Positions 30,373-39,954 of a DNA stretch of 64,000 bases are shown here, piece by piece (positions within the stretch are counted from its first letter, which is position 1; each line of letters opens with the position of its first letter). Position numbers and translations under genes: made by a program. Source of the stretch: an uncultured Gammaproteobacteria bacterium (GTDB taxonomy: Bacteria > Patescibacteriota > Microgenomatia > JAMCZE01); NCBI GenBank assembly GCA_964576435.1, contig CAZNUP010000001.1, positions 442,259 through 506,258 of the forward strand, read 5' to 3'. Under the pieces are notes generated by a model that was given only the letters and a program-made list of their open reading frames with translations, had not been told where the DNA came from and did not search any database.

Positions 30373-31375
30373 ATTTCTAAAATTGCTTTTATGTCCAACA
30401 TGTCAGTCCGACGAACTAAAGGAAGTCCCCTTTACCAAATTAGATGGGATTATCTTTTGTAAAAAATGTCGAACTTGGTATCCAATAGACAACAATTTAT
30501 TGGAATTTTTGCCTGAAAGCTTATGTTATAAAAATGACCGCCGGATTTTCTTTAATCGCTTCAAAAAGAACTTTTCAACTAATAAGATCACATTCGGAAA
30601 AAAGGATGTTAAAACTCTTCGTCAGCAAAAAGATCAGCAAAAGCATTCGGATTGGTATGCTGAAAATGATTTGCAAACATATACCGAGTTTGAACATGAT
30701 AATTTCTGGGAAGCATTTGACTTTGGCGTCTTTTCAAAGTGGTCTAAAAAAATTAAATCGAAATCCCTACTTTTAGATCTAGGTTGCGCACAGGGGAGAA
30801 GCACCTTCAAGGTAGCCGATAAGGATATCGATATTGTGGCTTTTGATATTTCTAAAAAACTTGTTCGTCAAGCCAAAAATAGATACGATCAAAATAAACC
30901 CAAAGCAAAAATATTTTTTTTCATTGCTGATGCAACCCGCCTTCCACTAAAAAGCAGTAAATTTGACTACGTCTTAGTGTATGGTGTCCTACATCATTTA
31001 GATGATCCTAAAAAGACTGCCCATGAAATAGGACGTGTCTTAAAGAATGGAGGTCTTTATTTAGGTAATGAAAACAATACATCAAATCTAAGAAAGATTT
31101 TCGATCAACTTCAAAAAATTAAACCTATTTGGCACGAAGAGGCTGGCGTTGAAAGTCTAATTTCTGAAAAGCGTTTTAAAGAGTTTTTTGGATCATCGAA
31201 GATTAGCTTGGACATTAGATCAACAGTTTATTTGCCACCTCATTTTATAAGATTGTTTCCAATTGCCTTTGGATCAGAGCTAATAAAAGTAACCGATCAA
31301 TTTGCTAATTCATTGCCATTTATAAAAGGTAATGGGGGGCTTCTCATTGTTGAAGGTAGAAAATCCAATAATTAA
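30362..31375 (+). CDS. Trm112-like zinc-knuckle domain + class I SAM methyltransferase
   Basis: LLCPTC..CKKC..YPI..L; LLDLGCAQGR, FDIS, DATRLP, GVLHHL. Confidence 0.8.
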   Translation: MQSKFLKLLLCPTCQSDELKEVPFTKLDGIIFCKKCRTWYPIDNNLLEFLPESLCYKNDRRIFFNRFKKNFSTNKITFGKKDVKTLRQQKDQQKHSDWYAENDLQTYTEFEHDNFWEAFDFGVFSKWSKKIKSKSLLLDLGCAQGRSTFKVADKDIDIVAFDISKKLVRQAKNRYDQNKPKAKIFFFIADATRLPLKSSKFDYVLVYGVLHHLDDPKKTAHEIGRVLKNGGLYLGNENNTSNLRKIFDQLQKIKPIWHEEAGVESLISEKRFKEFFGSSKISLDIRSTVYLPPHFIRLFPIAFGSELIKVTDQFANSLPFIKGNGGLLIVEGRKSNN

Positions 31376-31865
31376 ACTTTTCTCCAAAATATTCCTTGTT
31401 CTTTAATGGCTTAAATCCTATTTTTCTATAAAATTTATTTGATTTTTTATTTTTTGATTTGGTGCCAACTATAATTGTTTTAAATTTTTTATCCTTCATG
31501 GCTTTAGAAAAATTTCTCACTAATTTCGTTCCAAACCCATGTCCTCTAAATTTTTCAGAAACTGCTAGGAATTGAATCTCGGGATCATCAAAACTTTCGA
31601 CACTGAAAGTGCCGCGTAAAGCAATTAAATGGCGTAAAACCTGCCAACCAAATTTAAAAAAATATGGATTTTTCATATTGAATCTTATTGGGCCGACTTT
31701 TCCAATTAAAAATCCCTGGGGAAGAAGATAGATATAAATATTTTTTTCAAAAGAAAGATATCCATAAAGATTATGTAAAAACTTTTCACCAAGCTTATTG
31801 AGGTTTGAATCAACTAAATTCGTTAGGTGGAGGTCGACTAGTCTTTTAATGTCTTTTTCTTGCAT
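31344..31865 (-). CDS. GNAT family acetyltransferase
   Basis: LAVSEKFRGHGFGTKL (R/QxxGxG), N..SNKFYRKIGF. Confidence 0.85.
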   Translation of the reverse strand: MQEKDIKRLVDLHLTNLVDSNLNKLGEKFLHNLYGYLSFEKNIYIYLLPQGFLIGKVGPIRFNMKNPYFFKFGWQVLRHLIALRGTFSVESFDDPEIQFLAVSEKFRGHGFGTKLVRNFSKAMKDKKFKTIIVGTKSKNKKSNKFYRKIGFKPLKNKEYFGEKFNYWIFYLQQ

Positions 31866-32566
31866 ACAACTAATCTATACCAAATATGCAAAAGTCCAAA
31901 GCCCATTCTAAACGTTCGTCTAAAGTTAAAAAATTGCGATTTACCGCTAGTTCGCCAAAAATGAGTGACAGGGACTTCTTGAAATTTAAATCCCTCATCT
32001 GAAATCTTCTTGATCATTTCAGCACAGATTAGTCCCGAATCAGATTCCAAATTTACTTTCTCGAAAATGGAACGTCTAATAATTCTAAAATCACAGTCTG
32101 TATCTCTTATTGGTACATTCAACAAGAGCTTTACTGTGTAGTGGTAAGTCTTTCCAAGTATTACTCTATGAAATGGATCCTGGCGTTTAATTTTGTACCC
32201 ATTAACAACATCGCTTCGCTTTTTTTTAGCTTCCCACAATTTCTTTACCTCTCTTGGGTCGTATTGAGCGTCTCCATCAGTATAAAATACCCATTCTTTC
32301 CGAGCATTTTTAAATCCGGATTTTAATGCTCCCCCGTAGCCTCTATTCTTGTTGTGGGTAATTATCCTAAGTTTTTTAAACTTTTTTTTGAGTGATCGAA
32401 GTATATTTTTTGAACTTTCATCACTACCATCGTCAATGATCAATATTTCATAGTCATTGGTTATTTGGGAAAGCGCTTCATCAAGTCCAGCAACCAGACT
32501 TCCGATTGTTCCCCAGTCATTGAGAAACGGAAAAAAACCTGAAATTGACCCGCTTTTACGCTTCAT
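31838..32566 (-). CDS. GT2 polyprenol-phosphate sugar synthase (DPM-like)
   Basis: IDDGS, NRGYGGALKSG, YTDGDAQYD, RQDP, DTDCDFR. Confidence 0.85.
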   Translation of the reverse strand: MKRKSGSISGFFPFLNDWGTIGSLVAGLDEALSQITNDYEILIIDDGSDESSKNILRSLKKKFKKLRIITHNKNRGYGGALKSGFKNARKEWVFYTDGDAQYDPREVKKLWEAKKKRSDVVNGYKIKRQDPFHRVILGKTYHYTVKLLLNVPIRDTDCDFRIIRRSIFEKVNLESDSGLICAEMIKKISDEGFKFQEVPVTHFWRTSGKSQFFNFRRTFRMGFGLLHIWYRLVVCKKKTLKD

Positions 32567-32603
32567 ACAAGGCGGATTTTAATATATACTTCATGAATAC
32601 TCT

Positions 32604-33494
32604 ATGATCATTTCTAAAATAATGGCAGGGCTTGGAAATCAAATGTTTCAATTTGCAGCAGGAAGACGCGCCGCCATTAAAAATAACACAGATTTAAAAT
32701 TAGACATTTCATGGTTTACCGATGACTCCAAAGATACTAAAAGGCTTTATGACTTGGATTCATTCAACGTTGATGTAAAAATTGCTACAAACGAAGAAAT
32801 AAATTCGCTAAAAGGTAAAAGAGGTTCATTTGTTGAAAGAGTTTTCTACACGAGAATTCCCGGATTACCTCAAATATCAAAAAGCTATTTCTTTGAAAAA
32901 AGCTCCTTGGAATATTACCCCAAACTTCTTGATGTAAAAAATAATACCTATTTAGAAGGTTTCTGGAACTATGTAAGGTATTTTGAAGACATAGGAGACG
33001 TTATTAAAAAAGATTTCACTTTGAAAAAACCACTGAGACGAGTAAAAAACGAAATTTTAAAAGAAATTAACAAAAACAAAAATTCAATTAGTCTACACGT
33101 AAGAAGAGGCGATTTTGTAAAAAATAATAACTATGCTAATTATTTCAATATCTTAACTCCTAAGTATTTCGAAGAAGCCGTTAAAATAATTCTTAAGAAA
33201 GTTAAAGACCCGACAGTATTTGTTTTTTCTGAGGATACTAATTGGGCTAAAGAAAATATTAAACTTGGTGAGAAAGTAATATTTGTTGATCCCAATGACG
33301 GTGGCAAGAGCCACGAAGACATGTTTTTAATGAGTAAATGTAGCCACAACATAATTTCAAATAGCACTCTCTCTTGGTGGGGTGCCTGGTTGAATTTAAA
33401 TCCTCAAAAGATAGTTGTAGCTCCTAAAAAATGGTTCAAAACTGACGACGTGGTTATGGATGGAAGAATGCCAGAAGATTGGATACAAATATGA
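32604..33494 (+). CDS. GT11 alpha-1,2-fucosyltransferase family protein
   Basis: GLGNQMFQFA, YLEGFW, SLHVRRGDF, FVFSED, DMFLMSKC.HNIISNSTLSWWGAWL. Confidence 0.92.
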   Translation: MIISKIMAGLGNQMFQFAAGRRAAIKNNTDLKLDISWFTDDSKDTKRLYDLDSFNVDVKIATNEEINSLKGKRGSFVERVFYTRIPGLPQISKSYFFEKSSLEYYPKLLDVKNNTYLEGFWNYVRYFEDIGDVIKKDFTLKKPLRRVKNEILKEINKNKNSISLHVRRGDFVKNNNYANYFNILTPKYFEEAVKIILKKVKDPTVFVFSEDTNWAKENIKLGEKVIFVDPNDGGKSHEDMFLMSKCSHNIISNSTLSWWGAWLNLNPQKIVVAPKKWFKTDDVVMDGRMPEDWIQI

Positions 33495-34567
33495 AATTAA
33501 CGGTCCTTCTTCCAGTTTATAATGCGGAAAAGTTTCTAAACGAGGCACTAGATAGCATTTTATCCCAAACATTCAAAGATTTTGAAATATTAGCAATCGA
33601 TGACCATTCAACTGATAGTAGCTTAAAGATTTTAAAAAAATACAGCGACAAGGATAAAAGGATTAGAATTTTAACCAACTCAAAAAATTTAGGTGTCACA
33701 CAGACTTTAAATCTCGGTCTAAAAAATATTCAAACTGAATTTGTTGCCAGGATGGATGCCGATGACATTTGCGCGCCTGAAAGATTTGAGAGACAAATCA
33801 AATTTCTAGACACCCACCAAGATGTCTCCGTTTGTGGGACTTGGATCTATATTTTTACAAAAGTTCCAAAGCTAGGATTTTCCTACATGCCCCCAACAGA
33901 CTCAGATGAAATAAAAGCCTGTTTTCTTTTTGAAAACTGCATCCAGCACCCAACAATAATGTTTAGAGTAGCAGCATTAGTTAAAAATAAAGCTGAATAC
34001 CCGGTCGACTATCCCCACGTAGAAGACTATGCACTTTGGATGAAACTTGTAGACAAAATAAAATTTGCAAATGTCCCCAAACAACTTCTCTATTATAGAT
34101 TGCATTCAACACAAGTCGGAAAAGTTCATTCAAAAAAACAAAATGAAATTGTCTTAAAGGTACACAAAGAATTTATAAAAAAACTAGGATTAACACCCAC
34201 TGCCGAAGAATTAAAGATTCATGAGAATATCTGTTTCGGTATTAATATTCCTCAAAAAGAAAATATTAATAAGATTGAAGCCTGGCTTGAAAAGCTAATT
34301 GAAAAAAATAATAAAGTCCACTACGCATCGGATAAACAGTTTAAAAAAATAGTTGCTTCTAAATGGTTTGCATCTTGTATTATGAATACGAGTCTTGGCC
34401 CTTGGATATGGAGAAGATATTGGGAGTCCCCACTTTCTAGCTATTATCAGCCAACCGCAAGTCAGAAAAAACAATTATTTCTTGAAAGTGTATTCTTTCC
34501 ATACGCCAGGCCAGTGGTAATTAGAGTTAAGCAAAATGCGATCATAAGAAAAATTTTAAGGGGATGA
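33491..34567 (+). CDS. GT2 glycosyltransferase
   Basis: LPVYNAEKFL, IDDHSTD, ARMDADD, HPT, EDYALW. Confidence 0.9.
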   Translation: MKLTVLLPVYNAEKFLNEALDSILSQTFKDFEILAIDDHSTDSSLKILKKYSDKDKRIRILTNSKNLGVTQTLNLGLKNIQTEFVARMDADDICAPERFERQIKFLDTHQDVSVCGTWIYIFTKVPKLGFSYMPPTDSDEIKACFLFENCIQHPTIMFRVAALVKNKAEYPVDYPHVEDYALWMKLVDKIKFANVPKQLLYYRLHSTQVGKVHSKKQNEIVLKVHKEFIKKLGLTPTAEELKIHENICFGINIPQKENINKIEAWLEKLIEKNNKVHYASDKQFKKIVASKWFASCIMNTSLGPWIWRRYWESPLSSYYQPTASQKKQLFLESVFFPYARPVVIRVKQNAIIRKILRG

Positions 34568-36081
34568 AGTTAATTTATGTTTTTATTATTGCCGTAATTT
34601 TAAAATCATTAGTTTGGTCAATTGTTGTCCCTATTTGGCAAACACCAGATGAACAGGCACATTTTGCTCAACTAGCATTCTTTGTTGACAACAAAACCAC
34701 TCACATAAATACAAGCATCGACTTGTCTCAGGAGATTGCAATTACGGAAAGAATGCTTGGCACAAACCGTGATAACCGGGGAAACAATAGTTTTACCTAC
34801 CATTCTGATTACAAAATACCCTATACAAACTCTATAACTGGCAAATATGAGGAAAAATCAATAAATTTACCAAGATCCACAAGAACTACTTATGTAGGAC
34901 AAGAAGCCGCCCATTACCCACCACTTTATTATGTATTAGCTGCACCCTTTTATTATTTAGGCGATAGTGCGTCTCTTATAGACCGTGTCTATCTAGCAAG
35001 AATTCTATCGATTATTCTCTCTGCTCTTTTAGCGGTCGTCGCCTATAAAATTGGTAAATCCATTTGGGAAAACGAGGTTATTGCCATAAGCCTTGGAGTA
35101 GTTGTCAGCTTTCAACCCATGTTGTCCTATGTTTTTGCAGGGATTCATCCAGACAACCTCTTAAATCTTCTCTACAGTTTTGGAATTTTATTACTGCTTC
35201 TTCTTTTAAAGAAGGGGATTAACATTAAATATTTAATTGCGTTAGGAGGTATAGCACTATTAGGAATTTTTACAAAGCCTCTAATGTTTCCATTTTTCCC
35301 ATTAGCAGGTGCAGTGTTTTTCTGGGTATTACTTAAAAAAATGCCAGTTGTGAGACTGGTGTTAACAGCTGCAATTCTTATAGCTCCAATTTTCGTATTC
35401 GTGTTTAAAATAAATCTTCCATATGTCCCCATTGGAGATCAAGGAGTGCTAACTTTTGTTGACTATTTAAAGTTTCGCCTGCCAAAAATATTTTTTGAAA
35501 TTTGGCCTTGGACTTGGGGAGTTTTCAAATGGCTGGGGGTAGTTCAATCTCCACTAACCTTAAAAATAATTACTCGTCTAGCTATGCTTAGTGTTCTTGG
35601 TATGGCCTTATTCATACTTAAAAAAGTTCGCTCAAGAAAGTTTGACTTTGAATGGCAAGCTTTCTGGTTTTTTCTAGTTTCCGTCTTTTCTTTTGGGACT
35701 TATCTAATTCTCTGGGATTACAGGTTAATGGCTCAGACCGGCTTCTCTCAAGGCCTTCAAGGAAGATATTTTTTCCCAAATATTGTCCCACTAATGAGTC
35801 TATTTTTAATTGGTTTTATGGCTTTTGTCCCAAAAAGTTGGACAAAATTTGTGGCAATTGCTGTAGCAGTTCTAATGATTTTCCTCAATTTAATTTCCAT
35901 TTCTCTCTTAACAAGGATTTACTATTCAGCAACAAACTTACATAGTCTAATTTTGCAGATTTCCCAATATAAACCAGTCATCTTTAAAGGGGATATAATA
36001 TTAGTGATCTATGTTTGTTTCTTAGTTTCACTAGGATTTTTATTTGTAGGTCTTGCAAAAAATGCTCAAAAAAATACTTAA
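34564..36081 (+). CDS. GT-C membrane glycosyltransferase (DUF2142-like)
   Basis: PIWQTPDEQAH, HYPPLYY, HPDNL, QGRYFFP. Confidence 0.78.
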   Translation: MKLIYVFIIAVILKSLVWSIVVPIWQTPDEQAHFAQLAFFVDNKTTHINTSIDLSQEIAITERMLGTNRDNRGNNSFTYHSDYKIPYTNSITGKYEEKSINLPRSTRTTYVGQEAAHYPPLYYVLAAPFYYLGDSASLIDRVYLARILSIILSALLAVVAYKIGKSIWENEVIAISLGVVVSFQPMLSYVFAGIHPDNLLNLLYSFGILLLLLLLKKGINIKYLIALGGIALLGIFTKPLMFPFFPLAGAVFFWVLLKKMPVVRLVLTAAILIAPIFVFVFKINLPYVPIGDQGVLTFVDYLKFRLPKIFFEIWPWTWGVFKWLGVVQSPLTLKIITRLAMLSVLGMALFILKKVRSRKFDFEWQAFWFFLVSVFSFGTYLILWDYRLMAQTGFSQGLQGRYFFPNIVPLMSLFLIGFMAFVPKSWTKFVAIAVAVLMIFLNLISISLLTRIYYSATNLHSLILQISQYKPVIFKGDIILVIYVCFLVSLGFLFVGLAKNAQKNT

Positions 36082-37327
36082 CGACGATCTCCTAAGACAT
36101 TCTGCAATTGTCAGCGTAGGCTATATAGCTAGTGCATTAATAGGCCTTGTTTCTTTCATCATTATTGCCAGAAACCTAGGTCCGGATGTCTTTGGTGTAT
36201 TTTCAGTCGCTCTCGGTTGTTTCATGCTAGCAGGAGATCTTGTAGATGCAGGATTAAATTCCTCGATCATCAAATTTTTCCATCAAGAAAATCGTGATAA
36301 AAATTTACAGTCAATTTTGACTGTTAAGATTGGGTTGAGTGTAGCCTTTTTGGTAATTTCCTTACCACTGAGCTATTTAATCTCTACAGTTTTAAAAAGC
36401 CCTGAACTATTTTGGCCAGTAGCCCTATCTCTTGCCTGTGTGGGCTTATCCCTTATCTATAACTATGTCGTCTATGTGTTTCAAGCTAGAAAAGACTTCA
36501 CTCTTTATTCGCTAGTTAATATTTCAAGTAACACCATAAGGCTGATATTGGTTCTCATAATTATCGTATTTTTAAAATTTGCCCCCCTCTACTCAGCTTT
36601 AATCTTATATTTCGTAACACCCATTCTCGCTCTCCTTGTTTTTGGAAAATGGTCACTCCCCTTATTTTCTAAAATCAAATTACGTCTAGCTTCAAAAGAT
36701 GCCAATATGTGGAAATTTGGGAGAAATATAACTGCTTCATTTGCAGTCTCTGCGGTTAGTTCCAAATTTGATATCTTTTTCTTAACTAGATACGCTGGAG
36801 TTACTCAAACCGGACTCTACAGTGCCCCTATGAGACTTTTCTCTCCAGTTTCCCAACTTTCCGGTGCGCTCTCCACAGTTCAAGGCCCCCATTTTTCAAG
36901 TTCTGAAGGCAAGTGGAAGCAAGTGTTTATAAAAGCTTTTGCACTTTCCGGATTGGTTTCCCTGGGACTTATATTTATATCCTTCTTTAGTGATGCGGTC
37001 CTATTAATTTTTGGATCAGAATACACTTCCTCAGGAAATATTTTTAGAGTGCTATGCTTCAGCTTTGCAATTTTTGCAATCAGCGTTCCTTTCTATAGTG
37101 CCCTAGTTTATAGACACGAGAAAAGTAAGGTCATTTTTATAAATGCCGTAATTGTTGCCTTAGTCAGCGCTGCTTCTCTTTACATTCTCGTTCCAATGTA
37201 TGGCGGACTTGGTGCTGCTTGGGCCTCTTTAATTGCAAACTCAGTATCAACTCTTGTTGAAGTTTCTGTTTTCGTATACATTTTACTTTTCCATGCTGAA
37301 AGTCACCACTCACACCATCGCAGCTAA
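36062..37327 (+). CDS. wzx: Wzx-type oligosaccharide flippase (MOP/PST family)
   Basis: IARNLGPDVFG, DAGL, D..FL...G..TGLYS, LVPMYGGLGAAWA; about 12 TM. Confidence 0.85.
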   Translation: MLKKILNDDLLRHSAIVSVGYIASALIGLVSFIIIARNLGPDVFGVFSVALGCFMLAGDLVDAGLNSSIIKFFHQENRDKNLQSILTVKIGLSVAFLVISLPLSYLISTVLKSPELFWPVALSLACVGLSLIYNYVVYVFQARKDFTLYSLVNISSNTIRLILVLIIIVFLKFAPLYSALILYFVTPILALLVFGKWSLPLFSKIKLRLASKDANMWKFGRNITASFAVSAVSSKFDIFFLTRYAGVTQTGLYSAPMRLFSPVSQLSGALSTVQGPHFSSSEGKWKQVFIKAFALSGLVSLGLIFISFFSDAVLLIFGSEYTSSGNIFRVLCFSFAIFAISVPFYSALVYRHEKSKVIFINAVIVALVSAASLYILVPMYGGLGAAWASLIANSVSTLVEVSVFVYILLFHAESHHSHHRS

Positions 37328-38078
37328 TGAAGATAAATTTATCTACTTTGCCCTTTCTTCAGTAATTGATTTTGTAAGTGAAGCACTTGTTTATAATGAC
37401 AATTCCACAGATAAGACAGGTGAGATGATAAGTTTAATAAATTCTCCAAAACTTAAAGAAGTTCAAAAGATTGAAAGCAAAGACGTTGCAGATATTAGAA
37501 ATAAGCTTATTGAAGAAACAAAAACAGATTGGTTCATCCTCCTTGATGGTGATGAAATTTGGAATAAGAACACTTTTTTAGAGTTTTTAAACTTTCTGGA
37601 ATGTCAGCCTAAAAATATTCTCGCTGTGTCAATGCGTACAAAAAACTTCGTAGGAGATGTCTATCACATTATGCCTGAAGATGCCGGTATGTATGAGCTT
37701 CAAGGAAGAAAAGGACATTTAACAACGCGTGCTTTTAGAAAAAAAACAGGTTTTTATTGGAGAGGTAACTATCCCTTGGAATATTATGCCGATTCAAAAG
37801 GTGTTCAAGTAACAAAAAATCCCGATAACTGTGCGTTTTTTGAAGGTTCCTATTGGCACGCTTCTCATCTTGAAAGGTCGTCAAACAAAGACAAAGTACC
37901 AGGTTTTAGAAGTAAAAAAATAGAAAAGGGAATTTCAGTTGGCGAAAAAGATCTACCGGAAGTATTCTTCCACACTTTCCCAGAGTCTGTAGAGTCACCA
38001 TTAGTGCATCGTTCTTTAGGATTTGAAACTAAGGCTTTATTTTTAACACCTCTTAAAAAACTGAAGCGAAAATTATGA
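37293..38078 (+). CDS. GT2 glycosyltransferase
   Basis: ANED, NDNSTDKT, WFILLDGDEIW; start moved to ATG 37293. Confidence 0.8.
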   Translation: MLKVTTHTIAANEDKFIYFALSSVIDFVSEALVYNDNSTDKTGEMISLINSPKLKEVQKIESKDVADIRNKLIEETKTDWFILLDGDEIWNKNTFLEFLNFLECQPKNILAVSMRTKNFVGDVYHIMPEDAGMYELQGRKGHLTTRAFRKKTGFYWRGNYPLEYYADSKGVQVTKNPDNCAFFEGSYWHASHLERSSNKDKVPGFRSKKIEKGISVGEKDLPEVFFHTFPESVESPLVHRSLGFETKALFLTPLKKLKRKL

Positions 38079-38839
38079 CACGCGTCTGGCACGACAAGAG
38101 ATATTACGAAAGAATCGAAACTGTAGAGAAATTTGACCATCCAAGTTTTTTAAAGATCAATGCCTTAAGTAAGCAAGCTATAAAAATACTAGATGTTGGG
38201 TGTGGTGATGGAAGTAAGTTAAGTAAATTGGGATCAAAAGAATCAAAAAGATATGGTTGTGACATAAGTAAAGCGGGTACAGATAGGGGTAAAAAGTTGT
38301 ATAAGGAAATTATCTTCTCAGTGTTTTCAGGGACACGTTTACCTTTTAAATCAGATTTCTTTGATTTAACAACTACACATTTTGTTCTAGAGCACACCAA
38401 AAACCCTAAAGCTTTAATCACTGACATGATAAGAGTTACTAAAAAAGATGGACTAATCTGTTTTCTAGCTCCTAACTATGGTGCCCCAAATAGGGCCTCT
38501 CCCAATTTCATAGGATCGCGATCGAAAAAATTACTTCATGGGTTTAAGCATGATTTGTTCCCAAGACAGGGTCTTAACTGGAACAAAGTTACTCCTAAAT
38601 TAAATACAATGGAAAACTTTGAGTCCGATGACGACACCACAATCGAACCATATTTAAATTCACTTCGGCTATTTCTAAAAAGTCACAAATGCGATATTGT
38701 TGAAACCAGTTCAAACTGGAATCTAGAATTAAAAAATTTTTCAAAAGTCCAAGGTGTTTTCTCGTTTTTTGGAAATTTAGGTTTTTACCCATTTAAATAT
38801 TGGGGTCCACACCTTTTTATAGTTGCCCGAAAATTATGA
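38075..38839 (+). CDS. Class I SAM methyltransferase
   Basis: ILDVGCGDG, GCDIS, LPF..FD, HFVLEH. Confidence 0.85.
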   Translation: MTRVWHDKRYYERIETVEKFDHPSFLKINALSKQAIKILDVGCGDGSKLSKLGSKESKRYGCDISKAGTDRGKKLYKEIIFSVFSGTRLPFKSDFFDLTTTHFVLEHTKNPKALITDMIRVTKKDGLICFLAPNYGAPNRASPNFIGSRSKKLLHGFKHDLFPRQGLNWNKVTPKLNTMENFESDDDTTIEPYLNSLRLFLKSHKCDIVETSSNWNLELKNFSKVQGVFSFFGNLGFYPFKYWGPHLFIVARKL

Positions 38840-39954
38840 AAATAGCATTCTTAAATATTTATCACAATATAAATAGTAGAGGTGCCGAGAGTTTTGCTAA
38901 TGATTTAGCAACAAGACTTTCAAGGCGTCATGAAGTTTATATGTTTTCAGGGGCCCCCCCTAAAGATTCAAAAAAATATAAGTCAGTTGTAATTAAGGGA
39001 TGGGTGAGCCAGCCCACAAGTACTTTTAGTAAAAATCCCATAAGTTCCCTAAGGAAAAGACTATTTTTAGATAATGCTTCTTTATCAATTTTGCTTTTTT
39101 CTTTAAAAGTTGCACCAAAACTCTGGAAAAAAAAGTTTGACGTGATAAGACCTACAAATGGGTTTTGGCAGGTGTTGATTTGCAAAGTAATTACATTTTT
39201 TCGCGGTGGGAAGATAATTATTAGAGGCGGCTCCGGTCCGGGCTGGGACGAAAGATGGAATCTTTACTTGACCCCAGACGTCTTTATAGCAACTACGCCA
39301 GAAGTAAGGGATTGGGCTAAAAAAACTGCCCCTTGGGTTGATGTCCAAATGATTCCTTTGGCAATTGATATTGAAAGATTCAAAAAAGCCAAACCAGCAA
39401 AGATTGACCTGGAACACCCCATAATACTATGCAATGCCGCCGCCGACACCTACAAACGGGTTGATCTAGCTATTATGGCAGTAGCAAAATTAGAAAAAGG
39501 TTCTCTTCTTCATTTAGGAAAAGGTGAAGACCTGGAAAAAATTAAAACACTTGGGTTAGAACTTCTGGGGGAGAAACGCTTCAAAAGTATGGTCGTCCCT
39601 CATGATGAAGTTCCAAAGGTTTTCAAAGCCGCCTCCATTGTAACTCTTCCTTCAATGGAACAAGAAAGTTTTGGCATTGTCTTTCTTGAGGCCATGGCTA
39701 GTCATAAGCTAGTAGTGGCGACTGACGCTCCTAGGCCAAGGTGGATTCTAGGTCCTGGGGGATTATTTGTTGACCCAACAAATATCGACAAATATGCACA
39801 AAAATTAACCCAGGCATTAAAAGCGAAAACTAATTGGAAAAAAGTCGATGAACATTTAGTCAGCTTTAGCTGGGAGACAGTTGCTAACGAATATGAAGAC
39901 CTCCTGGAGCAGCACATGGTGCTCTCCCTAGGGCTTTTAGGTACACTTCTATGA
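38836..39954 (+). CDS. GT4 glycosyltransferase
   Basis: RGAESF, YKRVDL, PSMEQESFGIVFLEAMA; start moved to ATG 38836. Confidence 0.88.
   Translation: MKIAFLNIYHNINSRGAESFANDLATRLSRRHEVYMFSGAPPKDSKKYKSVVIKGWVSQPTSTFSKNPISSLRKRLFLDNASLSILLFSLKVAPKLWKKKFDVIRPTNGFWQVLICKVITFFRGGKIIIRGGSGPGWDERWNLYLTPDVFIATTPEVRDWAKKTAPWVDVQMIPLAIDIERFKKAKPAKIDLEHPIILCNAAADTYKRVDLAIMAVAKLEKGSLLHLGKGEDLEKIKTLGLELLGEKRFKSMVVPHDEVPKVFKAASIVTLPSMEQESFGIVFLEAMASHKLVVATDAPRPRWILGPGGLFVDPTNIDKYAQKLTQALKAKTNWKKVDEHLVSFSWETVANEYEDLLEQHMVLSLGLLGTLL

Noticed and set aside
12371-38960. Homopolymer runs (A8/T8 at e.g. 12371, 24023, 32382; C7 at 38954) as slipped-strand phase-variation tracts
   Set aside because: Short, all in intact frames, and A/T runs of this length are expected in AT-rich Lys/Phe-rich genes
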